Shown in pieces: positions 50,243-63,393 of a stretch of 64,000 nucleotides of DNA. Numbering within the stretch: position 1 is the stretch's first letter; the number at the start of each line of letters is the position of its first letter. The notes under the pieces are model-generated. The model saw only the letters and a program-made list of their open reading frames with translations. It was not told the origin of the DNA and searched no databases. The translations under genes were made by a program, and so were the position numbers. Origin of the DNA: Haliotis cracherodii (lineage: Eukaryota); NCBI RefSeq assembly GCF_022045235.1, contig NW_027266274.1, forward strand, positions 4,154,001 to 4,218,000, in the 5' to 3' direction.

Positions 50243-52162
50243 ATGGCGCCTAAAGGAAAAGCTCCCGCCATTGGCATAGACCTGGGAACCACCTACTCTT
50301 GTGTTGGTGTGTTCCAGAATGGAAAGGTGGAGATTATCGCCAACGACCAGGGCAACAGAACCACCCCCAGCTACGTGGCCTTCACTGACACTGAGCGTCT
50401 ACTCGGGGATGCCGCTAAAAACCAGGTGTCGCTGAACCCACAGAACACTGTGTTTGACGCCAAGAGACTGATCGGCAGACAATTTGAGGACAGCACTGTC
50501 CAAAACGACATGAAACACTGGCCGTTCCGCGTTGTCAACAGTTCAGGCAGTAAGCCCAAACTACAGGTGGAGTACAAGGGAGAAAAGAAGACGTTTGCAC
50601 CCGAGGAAATCAGCTCCATGGTGCTGAGCAAGATGAAGGAGACAGCTGAGGCGTACCTTGGACAGCAGGTGACTGATGCAGTGATAACAGTGCCTGCATA
50701 CTTCAACGACTCTCAGAGACAGGCGACCAAGGATGCGGGGGCCATTGCAGGGCTGAAAGTATTGAGAATCATCAACGAGCCTACTGCAGCTGCCCTGGCC
50801 TATGGTCTGGACAAGAACTTGAAGGGGGAGAGGAATGTGCTCATATTTGATTTGGGAGGTGGCACATTTGACGTGTCTGTGCTGACCATAGACGAGGGCT
50901 CCGTGTTTGAGGTGAGGTCAACTGCGGGGGATACTCATCTGGGAGGGGAGGACTTTGACAACCGAATGGTGGACCATTTCCTCCAGGAGTTCAAGAGGAA
51001 GTTCAGGAAGGACATCAGCAATAACGCACGTGCCATGAGACGTCTGCGCACTGCATGTGAACGTGCCAAGAGAACTCTGTCCAGTAGCACAGAGGCTGGT
51101 ATAGAAATTGACTCCCTGCATGAGGGAGTGGACTTTTACTCCAAAATCAGCAGGGCACGATTTGAGGAGCTGTGTTCCGATCTGTTCCGCTCAACTTTGG
51201 AGCCAGTGGAGAAAGCTCTGAGAGATGCTAAACTGGACAAGTCTCGTATCCACGATGTGGTGTTGGTGGGAGGTTCCACACGAATCCCCAAGATTCAGAA
51301 GCTGCTGCAGAATTTCATGAATGGCAAAGATCTGAACAAGTCCATCAACCCCGATGAAGCTGTGGCTTACGGAGCTGCAGTGCAGGCTGCCGTGCTGAGT
51401 GGGGACACGAGCGACGCCATCAAGGATGTTCTGCTGGTGGACGTTGCTCCGCTGTCCTTGGGTATCGAGACTGCTGGAGGTGTGATGACCAAGTTGATTG
51501 ATTGGAACACAAGAATCCCCACCAAGGCAAACCAGACCTTCACAACCTACTCCGACAACCAGCCAGGTGTCAGCATCCAGGTGTTTGAAGGGGAGAGGGG
51601 TCTCACGAAAGACAACAACATTCTGGGCAAGTTTGAGCTCACAGGTATTCCCCCAGCCCCCAGAGGTGTGCCTCAGATTGAAGTGACATTTGACATTGAT
51701 GCTAATGGCATCCTGAATGTGTCTGCAGTTGACAAGAGCACTGGCAAGTCCAACAACGTCACCATCAGTAATGACAAAGGTCGTCTGAGCAAGGCCGACA
51801 TTGATAGAATGGTGTCTGAAGCTGAGAAGTACAAGGAAGAGGATGAGAAACACAAGGAGAGAATCGCTGCCAGGAACCACCTGGAGAACTACGTGTTCAG
51901 TGTGAGGGCCAGTGTGGACGAGATGGGCAGCAAGATGGAGGATGTGGACAAGCAGACAATAAGCAAAGCTTGTGAGGAGACGCTGCAGTGGCTGGACAAG
52001 AACTCCCTGGCGGAGAAGGAGGAGTTTGAGCAGCAGTACAAGCAGCTTGAGAGGCTCTGCTGCCCAGTCATGTCCAAACTCCACAGTCAGGGAGGTCCGC
52101 AGCAGGAGGGCGGGGCCAGCAGGGGGCCCAGTAGGGGGCCCAGTGTGGAGGAGATGGACTAG
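50243..52162 (+). CDS. hsp70: Inducible-type Hsp70, copy 2 (639 aa; chimeric; R421W)
   Basis: Intact ORF nearly identical to copies 1 and 3. Confidence 0.97.
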   Translation: MAPKGKAPAIGIDLGTTYSCVGVFQNGKVEIIANDQGNRTTPSYVAFTDTERLLGDAAKNQVSLNPQNTVFDAKRLIGRQFEDSTVQNDMKHWPFRVVNSSGSKPKLQVEYKGEKKTFAPEEISSMVLSKMKETAEAYLGQQVTDAVITVPAYFNDSQRQATKDAGAIAGLKVLRIINEPTAAALAYGLDKNLKGERNVLIFDLGGGTFDVSVLTIDEGSVFEVRSTAGDTHLGGEDFDNRMVDHFLQEFKRKFRKDISNNARAMRRLRTACERAKRTLSSSTEAGIEIDSLHEGVDFYSKISRARFEELCSDLFRSTLEPVEKALRDAKLDKSRIHDVVLVGGSTRIPKIQKLLQNFMNGKDLNKSINPDEAVAYGAAVQAAVLSGDTSDAIKDVLLVDVAPLSLGIETAGGVMTKLIDWNTRIPTKANQTFTTYSDNQPGVSIQVFEGERGLTKDNNILGKFELTGIPPAPRGVPQIEVTFDIDANGILNVSAVDKSTGKSNNVTISNDKGRLSKADIDRMVSEAEKYKEEDEKHKERIAARNHLENYVFSVRASVDEMGSKMEDVDKQTISKACEETLQWLDKNSLAEKEEFEQQYKQLERLCCPVMSKLHSQGGPQQEGGASRGPSRGPSVEEMD

Positions 52163-52832
52163 ACACATCCATTCAGGACTGACCTCAACAGTGTTAGAAT
52201 AAGACTTGTTAATGTGTGAAATGTTGTATGAATGAATGTTGGTGCATACATGTTGTCAGTTCTGTTTATATTGATTCAGCACACTCTACATGCTGATCAT
52301 GACACAGTATGATGTTTATATTTTTGAAACTGTTATGAAATAAATAATGAAAAGCATTTGATTGTGTTTTCTATGTTTTTACATGCAACCTATAACATGT
52401 TTGAGCTATCAGTTTTGGTTACTGTCATTTTGCTGTTAGCCAAAAGGAAAGAGATTTATCAACTTCTTGGAAGGGTTTCTGTTAATTGGTTGATATATTT
52501 GCAGCTGAGGATGAAATAAGCTCTTGTTCCTGTTTAACTGTCAAACATGTTCCCAGTCACTGAGTTGGTGGGTTCAAATCCTATATCCACCCCAGTTATG
52601 AGCCTTTGAGGAACACTGAATAGGGGCTACACACATTGTATCCATTGTACCCTTAGGCATGAAGAGCAACCACTTTAACTGTGAGACTACCCCTTCAACT
52701 TCCTGGAATCTGTGAAGTATGGTTCTACAGCACGTTTAGCATTATTTCATACATACTGCACATTCTCTTCACACATTGCACCAGTATGGGGAATCGAACA
52801 TGGGTGATCAGCTTGAGAAGCAAACTGTTTGA

Positions 52833-53866
52833 CCTCCAGGTTGTCCCACCCCTTATATGTATCCTCTAGGCTGTCCCACCCCCTGTACGTGTCCTCTAGG
52901 CTGTCCCACCCCTTTATACGTGTCCTCTTGGCTGTCCCACCACTTGTACATATCCTCTAGGCTGTCCCACCCCTTTATACGTGTCCTCTTGGCTGTCCCA
53001 TTCCCTGTACGTATCCTCTAGGTTGTCCCACCCCTTTATACGTGTCCTCTTGGCTGTCCCACCCCCTGTACGTATCCTCTAGGCTGTCCCACCCCTTTAT
53101 ACGTATCCTCTATGCTGTCCCACCCCATGTACGTATCCTCTAGGCTGTCCCACCCCATGTACGTATCCTCTAGGGTGTCTCACCCCTTATACGTATCCTC
53201 TAGGCTGTCCCACCGCTTGTACGTGTCCTCTTGGCTGTCCCATGCCTTGTACGTGTCCTCTGGGCTGTCCCACTTCTTGTACGTATCCTCTGGGCTCTCC
53301 CACCCCATGTACGTGTCCTCTAGGCTCTCCCACTACTTGTACGTGTCCTCTGGGCTGTCCAACCCTTTGTACGTATCCTCTAGGCTGTCCCACCCCTTGT
53401 ACGTATCCTCTATATTGTCCCACCCCATGTACGTATCCTCTAGGCTGTCCCACCCCATGTACGTATCCTCTAGGGTGTCTCACCCCTTATACGTGTCCTC
53501 TAGGATGTCCCATGCCTTGTACGTGTCCTCTGGGCTGTCCCACTTCTTGTACGTGTCCTCTGGGCTGTCCCACCCCCATGTACGTATCCTCTAGGCTGCC
53601 CCACCCCTTGAACGTGTCCTCTTGGCTGTCCCACCCCTTGTACGTGTCCTCTAGGCTGCCCCACCCCTTGTACGTGTCCTCTGGGCTGTCCCACCCCCAT
53701 GTACGTATCCTCTAGGCTGCCCCACCCCTTGAACGTGTCCTCTTGGCTGCCCCACCCCTTGAACGTGTCCTCTAGGCTGCCCCACCCCTTGTACGTGTCA
53801 TCTAGTCTATCCCACCCTTTGTACGTATCCTCTAGGCTGTCCCACACCTTGTACGTGTCCTCTTGG
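52833..53866. repeat. 30-bp minisatellite, unit 2 (near identical to unit 1)
   Basis: Same variant order as 46605-47638 at offset 6228. Confidence 0.97.
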
Positions 53867-56080
53867 TGTTTGAGCTAGAATCAAGGAGGACCAAGTTACT
53901 GCTGAAAATAGAGTGCTTGATTGTCGGACTGCTGCTGTGACCTGGCTGGTTTGATTCATATTTACAGGCTGGTGAAATCTTGTCATTTGCCAAGAAAATG
54001 TGGCTACGTTTTATACAAACTACATCAATCTAAGAAATACTAACTGTTAATTACTGTGAAGGGCAAACACCTAAAAATGATACCAGCCTTCCCTGACAGA
54101 GGTTGATGCACGAACAAGTTGCTGTAGAAACATGAATATCATGCACTTTGAACAGATTTAGCAGTCATCTTTTCTGAAACAAATAACCAAAGAAACATTT
54201 TCATTTGGACCTGAGCTAATTTGATAGCAAAACCTCGGTATAGCAACGAATGAAAACATAGTTTGGTCTTAATGCAGTCTGCGAGAAAATGCTGTAGTAA
54301 AGTGAAGACCGTCAAAGTCAAAGGTACAGTGCTCGTGTGGTCAAAGGGAGATAATCCATAAGGAAATGCGATGCCAAAGGTTTGTCACTTAAAGAATACA
54401 ATTAGGGAAAATAGCTAAGCGCCAGCAGTTCTTTTTTTCTATGTCAGAAATTTCCATGGATCTTTTTGAAACACCGACGTAAGACGTCGATCTCATTTTG
54501 ATGAATGTCTAAGAGTGAGTGAGTGAGTGAGTACAAGTTACAGTCATTGAATGTCCATGACGCGACCGATTCTGGGTCGCATCGTATATGATTCAAAGAT
54601 GAGTGCTGAGTGCGGTGTTGAACAACAAACAAACAAACTTGTTCAGTCCACTCTCCACCAACACAGCCGATGCATGGGGACTTATGAATGGTGTGTACAA
54701 TGTAATGACTTCACGTCATACTGTTGCTGTCATTTACACCTTATGTTCTGGTACGATGTTTTAGTTGCTTTCTGATAAACTCGTCTCATCCCCATCCGTA
54801 TTATATGTAGATATACACATTAAGCAGGACAATGTTCAGATCACTTGTTGGAACGAGAAACCAAGTTAGCGTTGCACGTGCGAAATTACGAGCCGGTCTT
54901 GCACGTGTGCACCATGATTTGAGATGCGTTCAATTCGCTTGCTGGCACTTTCGGAAACACCTTCACACCTTTATTTCTTCTTATTTCACATTTTCCAATG
55001 TTTCTGTTTATAAGTGAGATACATCAGGACAGGATACATCATCACTTCTCACAGTTTGTGCCACAGGATTTTCCTCATGGATTGTTTGTACGATTTATGA
55101 CTTTTGGCAAAACACAAAGGACGACACGATATGAAAAGTTGACTTCTTATTTATATCCTTATTTGACACCCATATATTTGTTTTGAGATGCCAGCAGTGA
55201 GTAGTTCAATCTGCTAGAAATTTCACTCAGAAGGGTATAGGNNNNNNNNNNNNNNNNNNNNNNNNNNNNNNNNNNNNNNNNNNNNNNNNNNNNNNNNNNN
55301 NNNNNNNNNNNNNNNNNNNNNNNNNNNNNNNNNNNNNNNNNNNNNNNNNNNNNNNNNNNNNNNNNNNNNNNNNNNNNNNNNNNNNNAGGGTCATCCCAAA
55401 ATATGATATATGACAGTCTCTTGTGGAGGGTCATAAACAAATCATACACAGATTAGGGGAGGGCCGTGGGAAGAAAATGGACATTTTATGTTAAATAGAC
55501 AGTGCTTGTGACTTTGGGAGGCTCGTGATAAACAATGTACAAGGATACGAGGAGATTCATCTAAAAATATGACAAGCATTAGCCACAGACCATAAAATAC
55601 ATTAATTTTTATAGTCTCTGCATAAGGGGAGGGTAATTATTTTAATTATGTTACACAGTTGTTATATTCACACCCTGGCTTACCCCACAAATCATATGTC
55701 ATTGAATCACATATGTATTCACCAAAAACACACCGAAAAAGAGAACGATAGAGCATTTTACACGAACACAAAGCACTAATCAAAACTGATGTAGTTTACC
55801 AAAACAATTCTGTATATATGTTTCCAAACAGTCAGTCTTTTTTAAAGAACATATAATAAGGCTGTAGAATACGTTCGCCACCTTGATGTCATCCCAAATA
55901 GGGAATATTTTGGTGGGGACAGACCAAATCGGTAAATAATATGGTCTTTGGTAGGGAGAATATAAACATTGCATAGATTGATGTATATTTAATATAGTTA
56001 GAGGGTGGAGAGCGGATTCTACACTCGCACCCGATTTCCTCAGTTCCTAAGTCGCACAAGATAAGTGAGACCGTGACATC

Positions 56081-56272
56081 ATTCAGGAAATAAACTACAT
56101 GTTGAGTTGCCAAAAGCAAATTCGAGAATCTGCGAAGAGTTACTTCCCTTACAGGGATTCCCCTGTAAGTTGTGACGTCACATTCTAGAGGTTTCCTGAA
56201 GAGACGAGACGGTTGTACACAAATCCACGCTGGTGTGGAAGTATGGAGAAGGTAAGGGGACTGGTATATATA
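56081..56272 (+). promoter_or_regulatory. hsp70 copy 3 promoter
   Basis: Same module; kappaB-like site at 56154-56163, TATA at 56265-56272. Confidence 0.87.
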
Positions 56273-56445
56273 CAGGCGGTCTGTCAGACCACAGCCATAC
56301 ACCAAGCTGGAAGCGTACACTACTGTATACTACCGATACACAGAGAAGTAGCGAGGGAGACCACACACTTTCTGACTGTCAGATAGGCTACACTGAAGTG
56401 ACTTAGTTCAAGAAGATATTATTGAAGTTGGTTGTTTTGAAGAGA

Positions 56446-58353
56446 ATGGCGCCTAAAGGAAAAGCTCCCGCCATTGGCATAGACCTGGGAACCACCTACT
56501 CTTGTGTTGGTGTGTTCCAGAATGGAAAGGTGGAGATTATCGCCAACGACCAGGGCAACAGAACCACCCCCAGCTACGTGGCCTTCACTGACACTGAGCG
56601 TCTACTCGGGGATGCCGCTAAAAACCAGGTGTCGCTGAACCCACAGAACACTGTGTTTGACGCCAAGAGACTGATCGGCAGACAATTTGAGGACAGCACT
56701 GTCCAAAACGACATGAAACACTGGCCGTTCCGCGTTGTCAACAGTTCAGGCAGTAAGCCCAAACTACAGGTGGAGTACAAGGGAGAAAAGAAGACGTTTG
56801 CACCCGAGGAAATCAGCTCCATGGTGCTGAGCAAGATGAAGGAGACAGCTGAGGCGTACCTTGGACAGCAGGTGACTGATGCAGTGATAACAGTGCCTGC
56901 ATACTTCAACGACTCTCAGAGACAGGCGACCAAGGATGCGGGGGCCATTGCAGGGCTGAAAGTATTGAGAATCATCAACGAGCCTACTGCAGCTGCCCTG
57001 GCCTATGGTCTGGACAAGAACTTGAAGGGGGAGAGGAATGTGCTCATATTTGATTTGGGAGGTGGCACATTTGACGTGTCTGTGCTGACCATAGACGAGG
57101 GCTCCGTGTTTGAGGTGAGGTCAACTGCGGGGGATACTCATCTGGGAGGGGAGGACTTTGACAACCGAATGGTGGACCATTTCCTCCAGGAGTTCAAGAG
57201 GAAGTTCAGGAAGGACATCAGCAATAACGCACGTGCCATGAGACGTCTGCGCACTGCATGTGAACGTGCCAAGAGAACTCTGTCCAGTAGCACAGAGGCT
57301 GGTATAGAAATTGACTCCCTGCATGAGGGAGTGGACTTTTACTCCAAAATCAGCAGGGCACGATTTGAGGAGCTGTGTTCCGATCTGTTCCGCTCAACTT
57401 TGGAGCCAGTGGAGAAAGCTCTGAGAGATGCTAAACTGGACAAGTCTCGTATCCACGATGTGGTGTTGGTGGGAGGTTCCACACGAATCCCCAAGATTCA
57501 GAAGCTGCTGCAGAATTTCATGAATGGCAAAGATCTGAACAAGTCCATCAACCCCGATGAAGCTGTGGCTTACGGAGCTGCAGTGCAGGCTGCCGTGCTG
57601 AGTGGGGACACGAGCGACGCCATCAAGGATGTTCTGCTGGTGGACGTTGCTCCGCTGTCCTTGGGTATCGAGACTGCTGGAGGTGTGATGACCAAGTTGA
57701 TTGACAGGAACACAAGAATCCCCACCAAGGCAAACCAGACCTTCACAACCTACTCCGACAACCAGCCAGGTGTCAGCATCCAGGTGTTTGAAGGGGAGAG
57801 GGCTCTCACAAAAGACAACAACATTCTGGGCAAGTTTGAGCTCACAGGTATTCCCCCAGCCCCCAGAGGTGTGCCTCAGATTGAAGTGACATTTGACATT
57901 GATGCTAATGGCATCCTAAATGTGTCTGCAGTTGACAAGAGCACTGGCAAGTCCAACAACGTCACCATCAGTAATGACAAAGGTCGTCTGAGCAAAGCCG
58001 ACATTGATAGAATGGTGTCTGAAGCTGAGAAGTACAAGGAAGAGGATGAGAAACACAAGGAGAGAATCGCTGCCAGGAACCACCTGGAGAACTACGTGTT
58101 CAGTGTGAGGGCCAGTGTGGACGAGATGGGCAGCAAGATGGAGGATGTGGACAAGCAGACAATAAGCAAAGCTTGTGAGGAGACGCTGCAGTGGCTGGAC
58201 AAGAACTCCCTGGCGGAGAAGGAGGAGTTTGAGCAGCAGTACAAGCAGCTGGAGAAACTCTGCTGCCCAGTCATGTCCAAACTCCACAGTCAGGGAGGTC
58301 CGCAGCAGCAGGGCGGGGCCGGCAGGGGGCCCAGTGTGGAGGAGATGGACTAG
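56446..58353 (+). CDS. hsp70: Inducible-type Hsp70, copy 3 (635 aa)
   Basis: Intact ORF. Lacks the 12-bp C-terminal duplication and has canonical GERA and IDRN. Confidence 0.98.
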   Translation: MAPKGKAPAIGIDLGTTYSCVGVFQNGKVEIIANDQGNRTTPSYVAFTDTERLLGDAAKNQVSLNPQNTVFDAKRLIGRQFEDSTVQNDMKHWPFRVVNSSGSKPKLQVEYKGEKKTFAPEEISSMVLSKMKETAEAYLGQQVTDAVITVPAYFNDSQRQATKDAGAIAGLKVLRIINEPTAAALAYGLDKNLKGERNVLIFDLGGGTFDVSVLTIDEGSVFEVRSTAGDTHLGGEDFDNRMVDHFLQEFKRKFRKDISNNARAMRRLRTACERAKRTLSSSTEAGIEIDSLHEGVDFYSKISRARFEELCSDLFRSTLEPVEKALRDAKLDKSRIHDVVLVGGSTRIPKIQKLLQNFMNGKDLNKSINPDEAVAYGAAVQAAVLSGDTSDAIKDVLLVDVAPLSLGIETAGGVMTKLIDRNTRIPTKANQTFTTYSDNQPGVSIQVFEGERALTKDNNILGKFELTGIPPAPRGVPQIEVTFDIDANGILNVSAVDKSTGKSNNVTISNDKGRLSKADIDRMVSEAEKYKEEDEKHKERIAARNHLENYVFSVRASVDEMGSKMEDVDKQTISKACEETLQWLDKNSLAEKEEFEQQYKQLEKLCCPVMSKLHSQGGPQQQGGAGRGPSVEEMD

Positions 58354-59027
58354 ACACATTCATTCAGGACTGACCTCAACAGTGTTAGAATATGACTTGT
58401 TAATGTGTGAAATGTTGTATGAATGAATGTTGGTGCATACATGTTGTCAGTTCTGTTTATATTGATTCAGCACACTCTACATGCTGATCATGACACAGTA
58501 TGATGTTTATATTTTTGAAACTGTTATGAAATAAATAATGAAAAGCATTTGATTGTGTTTTCTATGTTTTTTACATGCAACCTATAACATGTTTGAGCTA
58601 TCAGTTTTGGTTACTGTCATTTTGCTGTTAGCCAAAAGGAAAGAGATTTATCAACTTCTTGGAAGGGTTTCTGTTAATTGGTTGATATATTTGCAGCTGA
58701 GGATGAAATAAGCTCTTGTTCCTGTTTAACTGTCAAACATGTTCCCAGTCCCTGAGTTGGTGGGTTCAAATCCTATATCCACCCCAGTTATGAGCCTTGG
58801 AGGAACACTGAATATGGGCTACACACATTGTATCCATTGTACCCTTAGGCATGACGAGCAACCACTTTAACTGTGAGACTACCCCTTCACCTTCCTGGAA
58901 TCTGTGAGGAAGTATGGTTCTACAGCACGTTTAGCATTATTTCATACATACTGCACATTCTCTTCACACATTGCACCAGTATGGGGAATCGAACATGGGT
59001 GATCAGCTTGAGAAGCAAACTGTTCGA

Positions 59028-60804
59028 CCTCCAGGTTGTCCCACCCCTTATATGTATCCTCTAGGCTGTCCCACCCCCTGTACGTGTCCTCTAGGCTGCC
59101 CCACACCTTGTACGTGTCCTCTTGGCTGTCCCACCCCTTGTACGTATCCTCTTGGCTGTCCCACCCCCTGTACGTGTCCTCTAGGCTGCCCCACACCTTG
59201 TATGTGTCCTCTTGGCTGTCCCACCCCTTGTACGTATCCTCTACGCTGTCCCTCCCCTTGTACGTGTCCTCTAGGCTGCCCACCCCTTGCAAGTGTCCCC
59301 TAGGCTGCCCCACCCCTTGTACGTATCCTCTTGGCTGTCCCACCCCCTGTACGTGTCCTCTAGATTGTCCCACCCCTTGTACGTGTCCTCTAGGCTGTCC
59401 CACCCTTTGTACGTGTCCTCTAGGCTGTCCCATCCCTTGTACGTATCCTCTAGGCTATCCCAGCCCTTGTACGTATCCTCTAGGCTGTCCCACCCCTTGT
59501 ACGTGTCCTCTTGGCTGTCCCATGCCTTGTACGTATCCTCTGGGCTGTCCGACCCCTTGTACGTATCCTCTGGGCTGTCCCACTCCTTGTACGTATCCTC
59601 TTGGCTGTCCCACCCCTTGTACCTATCCTCTAGGCTGTCCCACCCCTTGTATGTATAGTCTAGGCTGTCCAACCCTTTGTACGTATCCTCTAGGCTGTCC
59701 CACCCCATGTACGTATCATCTAGGCTGTCCCACCCCTTGTATGTATAGTCTAGGCTGTCCAACCCTTTGTACGTATCCTCTAAGCTGTCCCACCCCTTGT
59801 ACGTATCCTCTATGCTGTCCCACCCCATGTACGTATCCTCTAGGCTGTCCCACCCCATGTACGTATCCTCTAGGGTGTCTCACCCCTTATACGTATCCTC
59901 TAGGCTGTCCCACCGCTTGTACGTGTCCTCTTGGCTGTCCCATGCCTTGTACGTGTCCTCTGGGCTGTCCCACTTCTTGTACGTATCCTCTGGGCTCTCC
60001 CACCCCATGTACGTGTCCTCTAGGCTCTCCCACTATTTGTACGTGTCCTCTAGGCTGTCCCACCCCTTGTATGTATAGTCTAGGCTGTCCAACCCTTTGT
60101 ACGTATCCTCTAGGCTGTCCCACCCCTTGTACGTATCCTCTATGCTGTCCCACCCCATGTACGTATCCTCTAGGCTGTCCCACCCCATGTACGTATCCTC
60201 TAGGCTGTCTCACCCCTTATACGTATCCTCTAGGCTGTCCCATGCCTTGTACGTGTCCTCTGGGCTGTCCCACTTCTTGTACGTATCCTCTGGGCTCTCC
60301 CACCCCTTGTACGTGTCCTCTAGGCTCTCCCACCACTTGTACGTGTCCTCTAGGCTGTCCCACCCCTTGTACGTGTCCTCTAGGCTCTCCCACCACTTGT
60401 ACGTGTCCTCTAGGCTGTCCCACCCCATGTACGTATCCTCTAGGCTGCCCCACCCCTTGAACGTGTCCTCTTGGCTGTCCCACCCCTTGTACGTGTCCTC
60501 TAGTCTATCCCACCCTTTGTACGTATCCTCTAGGCTGTCCCACCCTTTGTAAGTGTCCTCTAGTCTATCCCACCCTTTGTACGTATCCTCTAGGCTGCCC
60601 CACCCCTTGAACGTGTCCTCTTGGCTGTCCCACCCCTTGTACGTGTCCTCTAGTCTATTCCACCCTTTGTACGTATCCTCTAGGCTGTCCCACCCCTTGT
60701 ATGGGTCCTCTAGGCTGTCCCACCCCTTGTATGGGTCCTCTAGGCTGTCCCACCCCTTGTACGTGTCCTCTAGGCTGTCCCACACATTGTACGTGTCCTC
60801 TTGG
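59028..60804. repeat. 30-bp minisatellite, unit 3, ~59 units
   Basis: Direct periodicity with internal multi-unit block duplications. Confidence 0.97.
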
Positions 60805-63046
60805 TGTTTGAGCTAGAATCAAGGAGGACCAAGTTACTGCTGAAAATAGAGTGCTTGATTGTCGGACTGCTGCTGTGACCTGGCTGGTTTGATTCATATT
60901 TACAGGCTGGTGAAATCTTGTCATTTGCCAAGAAAATGTGGCTACGTTTTATACAAACTACATCAATCTAAGAAATACTAACTGTTAATTACTGTGAAGG
61001 GCAAACACCTAAAAATGATACCAGCCTTCCCTGACAGAGGTTGATGCACGAACAAGTTGCTGTAGAAACATGAATATCATGCACTTTGAACAGATTTAGC
61101 AGTCATCTTTTCTGAAACAAATAACCAAAGAAACATTTTCATTTGGACCTGAGCTAATTTGATAGCAAAACCTCGGTATAGCAACGAATGAAAACATAGT
61201 TTGGTCTTAATGCAGTCTGCGAGAAAATGCTGTAGTAAAGTGAAGACCGTCAAAGTCAAAGGTACAGTGCTCGTGTGGTCAAAGGGAGATAATCCATAAG
61301 GAAATGCGATGCCAAAGGTTTGTCACTTAAAGAATACAATTAGGGAAAATAGCTAAGCGCCAGCAATTCTTTTTTTCTATGTCAGAAATTTCCATGGATC
61401 TTTTTGAAACACCGACGTAAGACGTCGATCTCATTTTGATGAATGTCTAAGAGTGAGTGAGTGAGTGAGTACAAGTTACAGTCATTGAATGTCCATGACG
61501 CGACCGATTCTGGGTCGCATCGTATATGATTCAAAGATGAGTGCTGAGTGCGGTGTTGAACAACAAACAAACAAACTTGTTCAGTCCACTCTCCACCAAC
61601 ACAGCCGATGCATGGGGACTTATGAATGGTGTGTACAATGTAATGACTTCACGTCATACTGTTGCTGTCATTTACACCTTATGTTCTGGTACGATGTTTT
61701 AGTTGCTTTCTGATAAACTCGTCTCATCCCCATCCGTATTATATGTAGATATACACATTAAGCAGGACAATGTTCAGATCACTTGTTGGAACGAGAAACC
61801 AAGTTAGTGTTGCACGTGCGAAATTACGAGCCGGTCTTGCACGTGTGCACCATGATTTGAGATGCGTTCAATTCACCTTCACACTTTTATTTCTTCTTAT
61901 TTCACATTTTCCAATGTTTCTGTTTATAAGTGAGATACATCAGGACAGGACACATCATCACTTCTCACAGTTTGTGCCACAGGATTTTGCTCATGTATTG
62001 TTTGCTGTTGATAAAAATACAAATTGAACAAATCCTACGATTTATAACTTTTGGCAAAACACAAAGGACGACACGATATGAAAAGTTGACTTCTTACTTA
62101 TATCCTTATTTNNNNNNNNNNNNNNNNNNNNNNNNNNNNNNNNNNNNNNNNNNNNNNNNNNNNNNNNNNNNNNNNNNNNNNNNNNNNNNNNNNNNNNNNN
62201 NNNNNNNNNNNNNNNNNNNNNNNNNNNNNNNNNNNNNNNNNNNNNNNNNNNNNNNNNNNNNNNNNNNNNNNNNNNNNNNNNNNNNNNNNNNNNNNNNNNN
62301 NNNNNNNNNNNNNNNNNNNNNNNNNNNNNNNNNNNNNNNNGGAGTCAGGGTAGGGTCATCCCAAAATATGACATGTGACAGTCTCTTGTGGAGGGTCATA
62401 AACAAATCATACACAGATTAGGGGAGGGCCGTGGGAAGAAAATGGACATTTTATGTTAAATAGACAGTGCTTGTGACTTTGGGAGGCTCGTGATAAACAA
62501 TGTACAAGGATACGAGGAGATTCATCTAAAAATATGACAAGCATTAGTCACAGACCATAAAATACATTAATTGTTATAGTCTCTGCATAAGGGGAGGGTA
62601 ATTATTTTAATTATGTTACACAGTTGTTATATTCACACCCTGGCTTACCCCACAAATTATATGTCATTGAATCACATCTGCATTCACCAAAAACACACCG
62701 AAAAAGAGAACGATAGAGCATTTTACACGAACACAAAGCACTAATCAAAACTGATGTAGTTTACCAAAACAATTCTGAATATATGTTTCGAAACAGTCAG
62801 TCATTTTTTAAAGAACATATATTTAGGCTGTAGAATACGTTCGCCACCTTGATGTCATCCCAAATAGGGAATATTTTGGTGGGAACAGACCAAATCGGTA
62901 TATAATATGGTCTTTGTTAGGGAGAATATAAACATTGCATAGATTGATGTATATTTAATATAGTTAGAGGGTGGAGAGTGGATTCTACACTCGCACCCGA
63001 TTTTCTCAGTTCCTAAGTCGCACAAGATAAGTGACACCGTGACATC

Positions 63047-63220
63047 ATTCAGGAAATACAAAAGCAAATTCGAGAATCTGCGAAGAGTTACTTCCCTTAC
63101 AGGGATTCCCCTGTAAGTTGTGACGTCACATTCTAGAGGTTTCCGGAAGAGGCGAGACGGTTGTACACAAATCCACGCTGGTGTGGAAGTATGGAGAAGG
63201 TAAGGGGACTGGTATATATA
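63047..63220 (+). promoter_or_regulatory. hsp70 copy 4 promoter (18-bp deletion between the distal HSE-like elements)
   Basis: kappaB-like site at 63102-63111, CRE, aTTCt aGAGg tTTCc gGAAg, TATA at 63213-63220. Confidence 0.87.
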
Positions 63221-63393
63221 CAGGCGGTCTGTCAGACCACAGCCATACACCAAGCTGGAAGCGTACACTACTGTATACTACCGATACACAGAGAAGTAGC
63301 GAGGGAGACCACACACTTTCTGACTGTCAGATAGGCTACACTGAAGTGACTTTGTTCAAGAAGATATTATTGAAGTTGGTTGTTTTGAAGAGA

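Noticed and set aside
46884-60924. Cys/Pro-rich (CPTPCTYPLG)n and related ORFs
   Set aside because: Translations of the 30-bp minisatellite downstream of the hsp70 polyA signal, with frameshifting 29/31-bp units.
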